DNA of 64,000 nt from positions 1,088,001-1,152,000 of the forward strand of contig CAWJSJ010000002.1 in NCBI GenBank assembly GCA_963845565.1, written 5' to 3'. The position numbers and the translations under genes are program-made. Position 1 is the stretch's first letter, and each line of letters starts with the position of its first letter. Below the pieces are notes generated by a model that saw nothing but the letters and a program-made list of their open reading frames with translations, was not told the DNA's origin and made no database searches. The stretch is from an uncultured Methylomirabilota bacterium. GTDB taxonomy: Bacteria; Methylomirabilota; Methylomirabilia; Methylomirabilales; 2-02-FULL-66-22. Shown here one piece after another: positions 19,920-29,322 of this stretch.

Positions 19920-20591
19920 TTAGGGTCGCCCGGCGAGCAAGAATCCCAGCGCCAGGGAGACGGACCAGGTCGGCGACGTGAACCGCAAGCCATGGTCGAC
20001 CAGTGCGTCGGAGTTGTCCCCGTCCGGCGGCTGCGCCCACACGACGGCCCCCTCCAGCGTCAACGGCCCGTTGTCGGAATGGAGCGTGACCTCCAGCACC
20101 GTGCCGGGCTTGACCGTTTGGGGCAACCGGAGCGACATCCCGCCGCGACTCACCTCGCTGGTCCGGCCCGTCAACAGTGGACTGCCGGCACTCTTGAGCC
20201 GGCAGGTGACGGGAAGCTCCATGGCCAAGCGCATTCCGACGTGGGCAACCATCGTGAGCGGAAGCAGGAGATCGCGGAGGGCCTGGAGCTGATCCGGAGA
20301 CACCCGTGTGAAGACGAGGCCGTAGCAGTTCTCGACGTCCGGCGTCGAGGCGCCGATCCACGCGATCTTGGCTTCCATCTCGATGGGGCCTCGATCGGTC
20401 TGGATGCGAACCCGGAGTTGCGCCTCTTCCTCCAGACGCTCCGGCAGTTCTGCGGTGACTCCCCCTTCGCCGAGTTCGCGAGTCCACCCCGCGCCGGCCC
20501 GCGTCCGGGCGCCGCTCTTCCTCCGCCAGTAGAGGAGCGGAAGTTGTATTGGGTACCGGCTGGAGAAACGCTCTGCAGACGCCTGGGACAT
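19920..20591 (-). CDS. Tandem PilZ-domain protein
   Basis: MSQASAERFSSRYPIQLP (RxxxR), ELGEGG, IAW...YGLVF; second repeat EVSRGG...VVW...HGLRF. Confidence 0.8.
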   Translation of the reverse strand: MSQASAERFSSRYPIQLPLLYWRRKSGARTRAGAGWTRELGEGGVTAELPERLEEEAQLRVRIQTDRGPIEMEAKIAWIGASTPDVENCYGLVFTRVSPDQLQALRDLLLPLTMVAHVGMRLAMELPVTCRLKSAGSPLLTGRTSEVSRGGMSLRLPQTVKPGTVLEVTLHSDNGPLTLEGAVVWAQPPDGDNSDALVDHGLRFTSPTWSVSLALGFLLAGRP

Positions 20592-20957
20592 GATGGGCCC
20601 CCTGTGTTGGGGCTGAGAATACGACGAGCCGTAGGAGGTTCGCAAGGAAGATCTTGCGGATGAATCCTCGAAAATCGCATTCCTCATGATCAGGAGGGTA
20701 TCGAATTTTTCACGCGGCAGTGGTATCATGCGGACCAACGAGGCCCCCTGTCGGCCCCCTTTACACTCCTGGCCCCGGCGGCCGCACCCCGGACCCCGGC
20801 GCCGCGGGCCGGGACCGCCGTAACCCCGTGGAAGGGCGCGGCGGGCCCAAACCGGAGGAAACCGGTCCCGCCCCGGGCCCCGGGACGGGAACGGCAAATG
20901 CATGCATCCACCGGGGGCCCCCTGGGGAGGGGGGCCGGGCCCCCCAGCGAGGATGGG

Positions 20958-22071
20958 ATGCCACCCATGGACCCCGAGACCCTGGCCACCCGCTGCACCC
21001 AGCAGGCGCGGGAGATCCGCGCCCTGGAGAAGATCGAGACGCTGCTCGAGCGGCGCCACGCCCTGGAGGCGGCCAACCGGGCCCTGCAGACCCAGCTCGC
21101 CGAGCTGCGCACGGTCTGGGCCCTCGGCCGGACGCTGGCCGCCACGCTCAACCCGGAGGAGCTGCTCCCCCTCGCCCTCCACTGGCTCGGCCGGGCCCTG
21201 CCCGCCGACGCCTACGCCCTCTTCCTCCTGGACGAGGTGAGCCGCCAGCTCACCGTCAAGGGGACCGCCGGCCTGGGGGCCGCCCGCCTCCAGGACCGCA
21301 CCTGCGGGCTGGGGGAGGGGATCGCCGGGGTGGTCGCCGCCACCGGCGAGGCCCAGCTGACCGCCGCCGACGACCCCACGCCGGGGGCCGGCCTGTACGT
21401 CCCCCTCAAGGTCACCGGCGGCCGGGTCCTGGGGGTCCTCCAGGCGCACCGGGCCACCCCCCCACCCTTCACCCCCCGGGACCTGGCCCAGGGGCAAGCC
21501 GTGGCCACCCAGGTGGCCGTGGCCCTGGAGAACGCCCAGCGCTACCAGCGGACCAAGGAGCTCAGCGCCAAGGACGAGCTCACCGGCCTCGCCAACCGCC
21601 GCGCCTTCTTCGAGGCCCTGGAGGCCGAGGACCAGCGCGCCCGCCGGTACCGGCGGGGCTTCACCATCCTGATGCTGGATCTGGACGCCTTCAAGCACTA
21701 CAACGACACCCAGGGGCACCTCGGCGGGGACCAGGCGCTCCGGGCGGTGGGGCGCCTCCTGCTCGGCAGCACCCGCCGGGCCGACGTGGTGGCCCGCTTC
21801 GGCGGCGAGGAGTTCGTGGTCCTCCTCCCCGAGACCCTCAAGGCCGCCGGGGCCGTGGTGGCGGAGAAGATCCGCGCCGCGGTGGCCGCAGCACCCCCTC
21901 CCGGGCCGCGAGGCGCAGCCCGGCGGCCGCCTGACGATCACCGGCGGGGTGGCCGCCTACCCCGGGGATGCCGCCAGCGGGCTCGAGGTGGTGGACGCCG
22001 CCGACCGGGCGCTCTACCGCGGCAAGCAGCAGGGGGGCAACCGGGTGGTCCTGGCGGCGGAGGGAGAGTGA
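20958..22071 (+). CDS. GAF-GGDEF diguanylate cyclase (frameshift near 21900-21930)
   Basis: DELTGLANRR, DLDAFKHYNDTQGH, RRADVVARFGGEEF (I-site plus active site); shifted frame gives ADRALYRGKQQGGNRV, stop 22069-22071. Confidence 0.88.
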
Positions 22072-22119
22072 GCCGTTGTCAAAGAATTAGTTGAGCGGAG
22101 ACATTCCGAAACGGCATAA

Positions 22120-22170
22120 GGAGCCGTACCGAAATAGAAAGAGATGTATAGGTTATTTCGTAACGGCTCC
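22120..22170. mobile_element. 51-bp miniature inverted-repeat element with TAA flanking duplication
   Basis: GGAGCCGTACCGAAATA / TATTTCGTAACGGCTCC (15/17 complementary); TAA at 22117-22119 and 22171-22173. Confidence 0.6.
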
Positions 22171-22292
22171 TAAGCGAGGCGGTCCGCCTGTCGTCCGGAT
22201 CCCTCACAGACTCGTTCCGTAACCTTGCAGCTCATGAAGCCGGGTGACATGCCGTTCCGCGTCCTGCCCAACGCCGACACCCCTCTTCGTCC

Positions 22293-22643
22293 ATGACTGC
22301 GAATTCGCCCGCACCGCTGAGCGAGTTCGAGGTCTGGCTCCTCTGCCGTATCGCTCAGGCGGTGGAGGCCTGCGAAGTGTCGGAGGCACTCCTTCGCGAG
22401 GTCCGCGACGCGTTCCGCAGGCGGGACCTGATATTGCTGGCCGGCCATCGCGAACTGGCGGTCCGCCGTCTCGAGGGCCTCGGCGGCGTGAGCAAGGCCG
22501 AGGCGGAAGCCGCGCTCGAGATGATGCAGGACTATCCGGACCGGCTCCGCAGCCGGTTTGTGTGCTGGCTCGCGGAAGGATGGTTGGACAGACGGCGGCG
22601 CGCATACGGAAAGGCGCGGACGGCACAGGTCGGCGAGGTGTGA
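22293..22643 (+). CDS. Hypothetical alpha-helical protein
   Basis: 116-aa ORF with genome-like codon bias filling the gap before the SDR gene. Confidence 0.55.
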   Translation: MTANSPAPLSEFEVWLLCRIAQAVEACEVSEALLREVRDAFRRRDLILLAGHRELAVRRLEGLGGVSKAEAEAALEMMQDYPDRLRSRFVCWLAEGWLDRRRRAYGKARTAQVGEV

Positions 22644-22672
22644 ACCCGAATTCTGCCAGGGGAGGGCACGCG

Positions 22673-23434
22673 ATGATGCAGTTCCAGGGGAAGGCCGTGT
22701 TGATCACGGGTGCCGGCGTGGGGATCGGGCGGGCCGCCGCCGTCCAGTTCGCCAAGGCGGGGGCAAAGGTGGCGGTCAATTCCGTGACGGCGGCCAACGG
22801 GGAAGAGACGGTGCGCCTCGTCAGGGCAGCGGGTGCCCAGGGGGTCTACATCCAGGGCGACGTGTCGCGGGATGCGGATGCGCGGCGCATGGTGGACGAG
22901 ACGGTCAAGGCTTTCGGCCGAATCGACGTGCTGGTCAACAATGCCGGCATCGTGCTGCCGGGCCGCGTCGACAACACCACCGAAGACGATTGGGACCGGA
23001 CGATGGCCGTCAACCTCAAGGGGCCCTTCCTCGTCTCCAAGTACGCGATCCCGGCGATGAAGAAAGTCGGCGGCGGCGTCATCGTGAATACCGCCTCTGT
23101 CGTGGCGACCAAGGGGGTCAAGGATCGGGCCGCCTACACGGCGTCCAAGGGGGGCCTGTGGGCGCTGACCAAGGCCATGGCGGCCGATTACCTGGCGGAC
23201 AAGATCCGCGTGAATTGCGTATGCCCGGGCACCACCGACACGCCGTCCCTCGCACGCCGCATCCAGGCGTTCGCCGACCCGGAAAAGGCGAGAGCGGATT
23301 TCATCGCCCGCCAACCCATGGGCCGGCTGGGGACGGACGAAGAGATTGCCGCGGCCATTCTATTCGCCGCCTCCGATGAGGCTGCGTTCATGAATGGCGC
23401 GGCCATCGCCATCGACGGCGGGATGACGATCTAG
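22673..23434 (+). CDS. SDR family oxidoreductase
   Basis: TGAGVGIG, NNAG, YTASK catalytic motif. Confidence 0.95.
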   Translation: MMQFQGKAVLITGAGVGIGRAAAVQFAKAGAKVAVNSVTAANGEETVRLVRAAGAQGVYIQGDVSRDADARRMVDETVKAFGRIDVLVNNAGIVLPGRVDNTTEDDWDRTMAVNLKGPFLVSKYAIPAMKKVGGGVIVNTASVVATKGVKDRAAYTASKGGLWALTKAMAADYLADKIRVNCVCPGTTDTPSLARRIQAFADPEKARADFIARQPMGRLGTDEEIAAAILFAASDEAAFMNGAAIAIDGGMTI

Positions 23435-23560
23435 CAGGCTGCTGAAAACGGCCCATCTGCGGCGTTGGCCCGCCTCGCCGCTCGCTGCGGCGTACCTCCA
23501 GTACGCCTCGCTCGGGCTTCAGCGTGCCGCCTTGCATCTTGGGCCCTTTTGAGCAGCCTG
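23435..23560. repeat. Palindromic intergenic repeat, copy 3
   Basis: CAGGCTGCTGAAAACGG...GGCGTAC-N5-GTACGCC...TTTTGAGCAGCCTG. Confidence 0.9.
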
Positions 23561-23605
23561 GGGCGAAGATGGAGTATTTTGAACCCCCCAGAGAGGAGCG
23601 GAGCG

Positions 23606-24085
23606 ATGATTTGCGGCAAGCTGGACGGTTGGCGACAGATCGACGGGGTGCACGGACTTGAGGCGGGGTTCGAGTTCCTGGAGCGGAGCAATCTCGGCGC
23701 GCTCGCCATGGGCAAGCACGAGATCCAGGGCGAGGCGGTCTTCGCGCTGGCGATGAAGGCGCCGTCGCGCGCTCCCGAGGCGGGCCAATTCGAATCCCAC
23801 CGGGACTACATCGACATTCAATTTCTGTTCGCAGGCGAGGAAATGATCGGGGTCGTGCCGACGGGACAACTCCACGGCGCGACGCCGTACGATGCCGCCA
23901 AGGACATCATGTTCTACGCGGCACCGTCGCGCTATCACGAGCTCCGCATTCCCCCCGGTCATTTCGCGGTGTTCTTTCCCGAGGAGGGCCATCTGCCGAT
24001 GTGCCATTCCGGCGGACCGCACGAGCTGCACAAGGTGGTCATCAAGGTGAGGGTGGACTACTGGGAGGCGCACCGGAAGCGCTGA
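23606..24085 (+). CDS. YhcH/YjgK/YiaL (NanQ-like) family protein
   Basis: FESHRDYIDIQ, FAVFFPEEGHLP, KVVIKV. Confidence 0.9.
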   Translation: MICGKLDGWRQIDGVHGLEAGFEFLERSNLGALAMGKHEIQGEAVFALAMKAPSRAPEAGQFESHRDYIDIQFLFAGEEMIGVVPTGQLHGATPYDAAKDIMFYAAPSRYHELRIPPGHFAVFFPEEGHLPMCHSGGPHELHKVVIKVRVDYWEAHRKR

Positions 24086-24178
24086 AGTGCGGGGCGACGC
24101 CAGACCAAACACGCCGCGAATATCCGTTCGCGGCGTGTGGCGTTTGCGGCGGACGACCGTCCGCTAGTGGCTGCAGCC

Positions 24179-25432
24179 TCAACTCGTCCCGCCCCTCGGC
24201 GCGGTCGCCTTCTTCAGCAGGACGATGGCCAGGTTGAGGAGGACGGCGGCGAAGGTCGAGGCGCCGATAGGGTCCAGGACCACGCCCCAGAGGTTCAGGG
24301 TCACGTTCTTGGCCACCATGGCGGTGCAGAGGGCCACCGAGATCCCGAAGACGCCGAAGTTCTCCAGCGTGCCCCAGTCCTCGTCCGCCGTGGCGATGAC
24401 CTTGCTGCTGGTGCCGGCGATCAGGCCGAACAGGAGGAAGGAGATCCCGCCCATCACGGGGACGGGGATCGAGCCGATGAAGGCCCCGAACTTCGGCACC
24501 AGGCCCAGCAGGATGGCCGTCACCGCCGCCACCTGGAGCGGCCGGATGGAGAACACCTTGGTGATGGACATGACCCCGATGTTCTCGGCGTAGGTCGTCT
24601 GCCCGGTGCCGCCGCCCAGGGCCGAGACGAAGGTCGCGGCGGCGTCGCCCATGAAGGTGTTGCCGACCTCGGGTGTCAGGTCGCGCTCCATGTAGGCGGA
24701 GATGGCTTTCACGTGGCCCAGGTTCTCCGCCACCAGCATGACCACCACCGGGACGATCAGGGAGACGGCCTCGAAGTTGACGGTGGGCGCGACGAAATTG
24801 GGCAGGCCGACCCAGTCGGCTTTGGCCACTGCGGAGAAATCCACCTGGCCCGTCACCGCGGCAACGAGGTAGCCCGCCACCACCGCGATGAGGACGGGGA
24901 TGAGCTTGGCGAAGCCGCGGGCCGCCACGGCCACGCAGACGGCCACGCCCAGGGTGAAGAGCGCCAGCGGCCACCCCTTGGAGGACATATCCCAGCCGAC
25001 CGGGGCCAGGCCGATGCCGATGACCGCCACCACCGCGGCGGTGACGGGCGGCGGCATGAGGGCCGCGATCGCCCGGGTACCCGGCTTGGTCTTCACCAGC
25101 GCCCCCACGATGAAGTACACCACCGCCGCCGCGGCAATCCCACCCAGGGCGGCCGGCACGCCGCCGAGCTTCTTGGCGGCGATGACCGGTCCGATGAATG
25201 CAAACGAGCTTCCCAGATAGCTGGGCACCCGGCCGCGGACGACCGCCATGAAGATCAGGGTGCCGATGCCGGAGAAGAAGATCGCCAGGTTGGGATCGAA
25301 GCCCATCAGGAAGGGGGCCAAGACGGTCGCCCCGAACATCGCGATGACGTGCTGCAGGCCGAGGCCGACCATCCGGCCCGTCGGCAGGCTTTGCTCCGGG
25401 AGAACAATCGCGTTGGTGTCGTGAGTCGCCAT
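24179..25432 (-). CDS. uraA: Uracil/xanthine permease (NCS2 family)
   Basis: GLQHVIAMFGATVL, YLGSSFAF, ENLGH, TTYAENIG. Confidence 0.92.
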   Translation of the reverse strand: MATHDTNAIVLPEQSLPTGRMVGLGLQHVIAMFGATVLAPFLMGFDPNLAIFFSGIGTLIFMAVVRGRVPSYLGSSFAFIGPVIAAKKLGGVPAALGGIAAAAVVYFIVGALVKTKPGTRAIAALMPPPVTAAVVAVIGIGLAPVGWDMSSKGWPLALFTLGVAVCVAVAARGFAKLIPVLIAVVAGYLVAAVTGQVDFSAVAKADWVGLPNFVAPTVNFEAVSLIVPVVVMLVAENLGHVKAISAYMERDLTPEVGNTFMGDAAATFVSALGGGTGQTTYAENIGVMSITKVFSIRPLQVAAVTAILLGLVPKFGAFIGSIPVPVMGGISFLLFGLIAGTSSKVIATADEDWGTLENFGVFGISVALCTAMVAKNVTLNLWGVVLDPIGASTFAAVLLNLAIVLLKKATAPRGGTS

Positions 25433-25484
25433 GGGGTGCCCTCTCCTCCGTCGTGCGGGTGGGGATCCGGAATCGGTCGTCGGG

Positions 25485-26192
25485 CTACACCGCTTCGGGA
25501 ACGAACGGATCATCCGTGGGGTCATTGGCGCCGGTGGCGTTTTGTCGATCGCCGGCGTCGCCCAGTCCCGGGACGATGTACCCGCGCTCGTTCAGTCGTT
25601 CGTCCATCGCCGCGACGTGAATCTCGACATCGGGGTGTTCGCGCGTCAGCAGGGCGATGCCCTCGGGGGCGGCGATCAAGCCGACGAAGACCACCTTCTC
25701 CACCCCCTTCTCCTTCAGGCGGGAGGCCGCGACCACCGCCGAGCCGCCCGTTGCCAGCATGGGGTCGAGAATCAGCGCGATGTCCACCGGGGGATATCCC
25801 TGGAGCTTATCGTAGTACCGCACGGGCTGAAGCGTCTCTTCGTCCCGATAGAGGCCGAGATACCAGATCGGTGCGCCGGGGACCAACTCGTGTGCCGCGG
25901 GGATCATGCCGGCGCCGGCCCGCAGGATGGGCGCGAATCCGACGCGTTTGGCGAGCACGCGCTGGGTGGTGGGCCCGACCGGGGTGACGACGGCGACCTC
26001 GCGCACCGGGAGATCCGCCGTCGCATGGGACAGGAGCATCAGCGAGATCTCCTTGAGCAGCTGACCGAATCGGGCCGGCTGCGTGCGCCGGTCGCGCAGG
26101 AGGGCGAGCTTGTGGCCGAGCAAGGCGTGGTGCGAATACAGATGCACCATGGTGGATGTCGGGTGAGCCGATCCGAGGCGCGCGGGGGCCAT
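25485..26192 (-). CDS. upp: Uracil phosphoribosyltransferase
   Basis: PILRAG, DPMLATGGS, YIVPGLGDAGDR; GGAGGA RBS. Confidence 0.95.
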   Translation of the reverse strand: MAPARLGSAHPTSTMVHLYSHHALLGHKLALLRDRRTQPARFGQLLKEISLMLLSHATADLPVREVAVVTPVGPTTQRVLAKRVGFAPILRAGAGMIPAAHELVPGAPIWYLGLYRDEETLQPVRYYDKLQGYPPVDIALILDPMLATGGSAVVAASRLKEKGVEKVVFVGLIAAPEGIALLTREHPDVEIHVAAMDERLNERGYIVPGLGDAGDRQNATGANDPTDDPFVPEAV

Positions 26193-26383
26193 GGGCGTAT
26201 CCTCCGAGAGAATCCTGAGGCGAAATCGGGAGACGAGCACGGAAACCGCAGGCGCACGATAACGGCCCGATACCGCAGGGCCACCCCTGGGATTGCAGGG
26301 CGACAAGCAAGGTTCGGAACATGGCGCCCGACACACGGTGTCGCAACACCGTGCGGGTTCGGACCGCCCCGAAAACCGGCGGG

Positions 26384-26413
26384 AGTCTATACCCCACCAA
26401 ATCGGAAAGTCAA
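26384..26413 (-). promoter_or_regulatory. Putative sigma70 promoter of upp-uraA
   Basis: Minus strand TTGACT-N18-TAGACT. Confidence 0.5.
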
Positions 26414-26709
26414 GGCGCAGACCGCCGCGTCGGGGCCGGTTGCCTGCTTGTGCGGACCGTCTTTGTCCCCGCGGCGTTTCCGGTTGACTGGCGCCAACCC
26501 GTCACACCATGCTACCGCCCGTAACGCCGGCTGAGACCTCCCTGCCGGCGGCAGCGAACGGCGATCCGGCGGCCGGGATTCTGTTGACGGCGCTTCGGGT
26601 CTTGGGGCATGCTACGCTCCGACACAGTGCGGAGCGTCCGGATGGTCTCTGCAACTCAAACCGAGGTGAGCCCGACCGTTCCCCTCGAGACAACCGAAGG
26701 AGGACCTCC

Positions 26710-27855
26710 ATGAATTGCCGCCAGCGAGCCTTGGCCGCGCTCAACCACCGCGAGCCCGATCGGGTGCCCCTCGATTTCGGCGGGCGCCAGACGACGCTCC
26801 ATTTCGCCGCGCACCAGGCGCTGATGAAGTATCTCGGGTTCAGCGGACCGGAGCCGCCGATTCGCAGCTACCACACGTACCTGGTGGACCCGGACCCCCA
26901 GCTGTTGCAGCGGTTCGAGCGCGTGAGCGCGGTGTTTTTTCCGAAGGCGCCCAGCGACTACGTGTTCACGATTGACCCGGCGACCAACTCGTACGTGGAC
27001 GAGTGGGGGACCACCTATCACATGCCGCCCGGCGGGTTCTACTATGACATGGTCGCCAACCCGCTGACCGAGGCCGAGTCGGAAGCCGACCTTGCGAAGT
27101 ACCGCTGGCCGAACCCGACGGACCCTGCGCGGATCGCGGGTCTGCCCGAGAAGATCAGGGCCGCCTACGCGGCCGGCGAGAAGGTGGTCATGATGTGCGG
27201 GGCGATGCCCGGCCTCTGGGAGCATGCCTGGTACATGTTCGGGATGGAGCAGGCCTTCGTCAACCTGGCCGGCAACGCGCCGCTCATCGAGGCGTTCACC
27301 GATCGCGTCCTGGCGTGGCAGATCGCCTACTGGGATATGGCCCTCAGGCAGGTGGGAGACTGCGTGGACGTGGTCCAGCTCAACGAGGACCTGGGCAGCC
27401 AGGACGGGCCGATGATGGCCCCGGCCACGTTCCGGCGGGTCTACAAGCCGCGGCTGCGGCAACTGATCGCCGAGATCAAGCAGCGGACGAAGGCCAAGGT
27501 GTACCTCCACTCCTGCGGCTCGATCTACCGGCTGATCCCCGACCTCATCGAGGTCGGCGTGGACATCCTGAACCCGGTCCAGGTCAACGCGGCCGAGATG
27601 GACTCGGCGCGGCTGAAGAAGGAGTTCGGCAAGGACCTCACCTTCTGGGGCGGGGGCTGCGATCCGGTTGTCATGGGGAACGGAACGGTGCCGCAGGTCC
27701 GGGACGACGTGAAACGGCGAATTCATGACCTGGCGCCGGGCGGCGGGTTGATCTTCGGGTCCGTGCACAACATCCAGGCCAACGTCCCGCCGGAAAACAT
27801 CGTCGCCATGTTCGACGCGGCGCTGGAGTTCGGCGGGTATCCGATTCGCGCCTAA
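26710..27855 (+). CDS. Uroporphyrinogen decarboxylase (URO-D/MtaA-like) family protein
   Basis: EPDRVPLD, DEWG, EDLGSQ, LHSCG, LNPVQ, HNIQANVPPEN. Confidence 0.88.
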   Translation: MNCRQRALAALNHREPDRVPLDFGGRQTTLHFAAHQALMKYLGFSGPEPPIRSYHTYLVDPDPQLLQRFERVSAVFFPKAPSDYVFTIDPATNSYVDEWGTTYHMPPGGFYYDMVANPLTEAESEADLAKYRWPNPTDPARIAGLPEKIRAAYAAGEKVVMMCGAMPGLWEHAWYMFGMEQAFVNLAGNAPLIEAFTDRVLAWQIAYWDMALRQVGDCVDVVQLNEDLGSQDGPMMAPATFRRVYKPRLRQLIAEIKQRTKAKVYLHSCGSIYRLIPDLIEVGVDILNPVQVNAAEMDSARLKKEFGKDLTFWGGGCDPVVMGNGTVPQVRDDVKRRIHDLAPGGGLIFGSVHNIQANVPPENIVAMFDAALEFGGYPIRA

Positions 27856-27867
27856 GGTTCCGTCCCG

Positions 27868-29202
27868 ATGAAGACCTACCCACTCAGGACATTCGTCCGC
27901 CGCGTTCTCGTTGTGCGACTCGGCATCGCGACGGCCATCATCGCCGTCGTCGTTGCGGTCGCCGCGTACGTCAGCCAGCAGGCGTTGCTCACCCGGGAGG
28001 TGGCCGACCTCGGCCGCCGAGGGGTCGCCACACTCGTCGAGAGGGTGCGTAATGTCATGGACCGCGAACGGACCGATGCCGTCTCGGCCTTGCGAGAAGT
28101 CCTTTCCCGCGGCGCACAACCCGTGGTCTATCGGGCGGGTCGGTTCGTGCTCTTTCAGGTCTATGATCGCTCCTCGGCTGTCCTCGCGGAAGGCGCTGCC
28201 GGCGACCAGCCGGGTATGGACCAGGTGCGAACTTTCATGGTATCGCAGCCGGTTGCCTTCCCGGGCGTCGACCGGGACCACGCGCAAACGGTACGGGTAG
28301 ACGGCGGCCTCTTTGTGTACACGGTCGTTCCCATTGTCGACCGTGAAGGCGCGGTGGCGGCTTTTGCCCGGGGCATGTTTGCGGTCTCGCCCGAGGTGGC
28401 GGAGCAGATGCACTGGGCCGTCCTGCGGAACGTCCTGCTTGCGGTTGCCATCGTCGTCGCCGTGGTGGCGCTCCTCTTTCCCGTGATTCTTCATCTGATG
28501 CGCAGGCTTGCCGACTATTCCACCCACCTGCTGGAGGCGAACCTGGAAACCCTCTCGGTCCTGGGGAGCGCCATCGCCAAACGAGATAGCGATACCGACG
28601 CTCATAACTACAGGGTCTCACTCTATTCGGCCCGTATCGGTCACGCCCTTGGCCTCGGTCGGGCCGAGATGCAGACGCTCATCAAGGGGTCGTTCCTTCA
28701 CGACGTCGGCAAGATCGGCATTCCTGACGCCGTACTCCTGAAACCAGGGCGGCTCGACGAGGGCGAGTTCACCGTCATGCAGAGCCACGTCGAGAAGGGC
28801 GTGGACATCGTGCAGCGATCCTCATGGCTTCGAGACGGAGTCGCCGTGGCCGCTTACCATCACGAGAAGTATGGCGGGGGCGGGTATCCACATAACCTGC
28901 GCGGGGAGGATATTCCCATCGCCGCGCGCGTCTTCGCCGTGGCGGACGTCTTCGATGCGTTGACCTCGGCCCGACCCTACAAGAAGCCCCTGGATTTCGA
29001 GGAAGCCATGGCGCTTCTCGAGCAGGGCCGCGGCCGGCACTTCGACCCCGCGATTCTCGATGCCTTCGCGAAGATCGCCCGCGGACTCCACGACCGGTAT
29101 GCCGGCCGCGAGGGCGAGAGCCTCCGACAGGAACTCGCCGCCCTCGTGGCGGACTATTTCTCGGCAGGGATGGAGACGCTCCGGTACGGCAGCGCTCCCT
29201 GA
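27868..29202 (+). CDS. Membrane-anchored HD-GYP cyclic-dinucleotide phosphodiesterase
   Basis: Two TM segments; HNYRV, LHDVGKIG, HHEKYGGGGYP, ADVFDAL..RPYK. Confidence 0.92.
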   Translation: MKTYPLRTFVRRVLVVRLGIATAIIAVVVAVAAYVSQQALLTREVADLGRRGVATLVERVRNVMDRERTDAVSALREVLSRGAQPVVYRAGRFVLFQVYDRSSAVLAEGAAGDQPGMDQVRTFMVSQPVAFPGVDRDHAQTVRVDGGLFVYTVVPIVDREGAVAAFARGMFAVSPEVAEQMHWAVLRNVLLAVAIVVAVVALLFPVILHLMRRLADYSTHLLEANLETLSVLGSAIAKRDSDTDAHNYRVSLYSARIGHALGLGRAEMQTLIKGSFLHDVGKIGIPDAVLLKPGRLDEGEFTVMQSHVEKGVDIVQRSSWLRDGVAVAAYHHEKYGGGGYPHNLRGEDIPIAARVFAVADVFDALTSARPYKKPLDFEEAMALLEQGRGRHFDPAILDAFAKIARGLHDRYAGREGESLRQELAALVADYFSAGMETLRYGSAP

Positions 29203-29255
29203 CCGCTCCTTCCGAAATCGTGTGCCGTGACAAGGGGACGGCCGTGCGATCAGGG

Positions 29256-29291
29256 AACGCCAAGAGGGCCCGATCGGGCCCTCTTGGCGTT
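29256..29291. terminator. Perfect 36-bp palindrome between convergent genes (likely terminator)
   Basis: AACGCCAAGAGGGCCCGATCGGGCCCTCTTGGCGTT. Confidence 0.65.
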
Positions 29292-29322
29292 TCACGGGCG
29301 ATGTGCCCGTCCGCGGTGCGGA

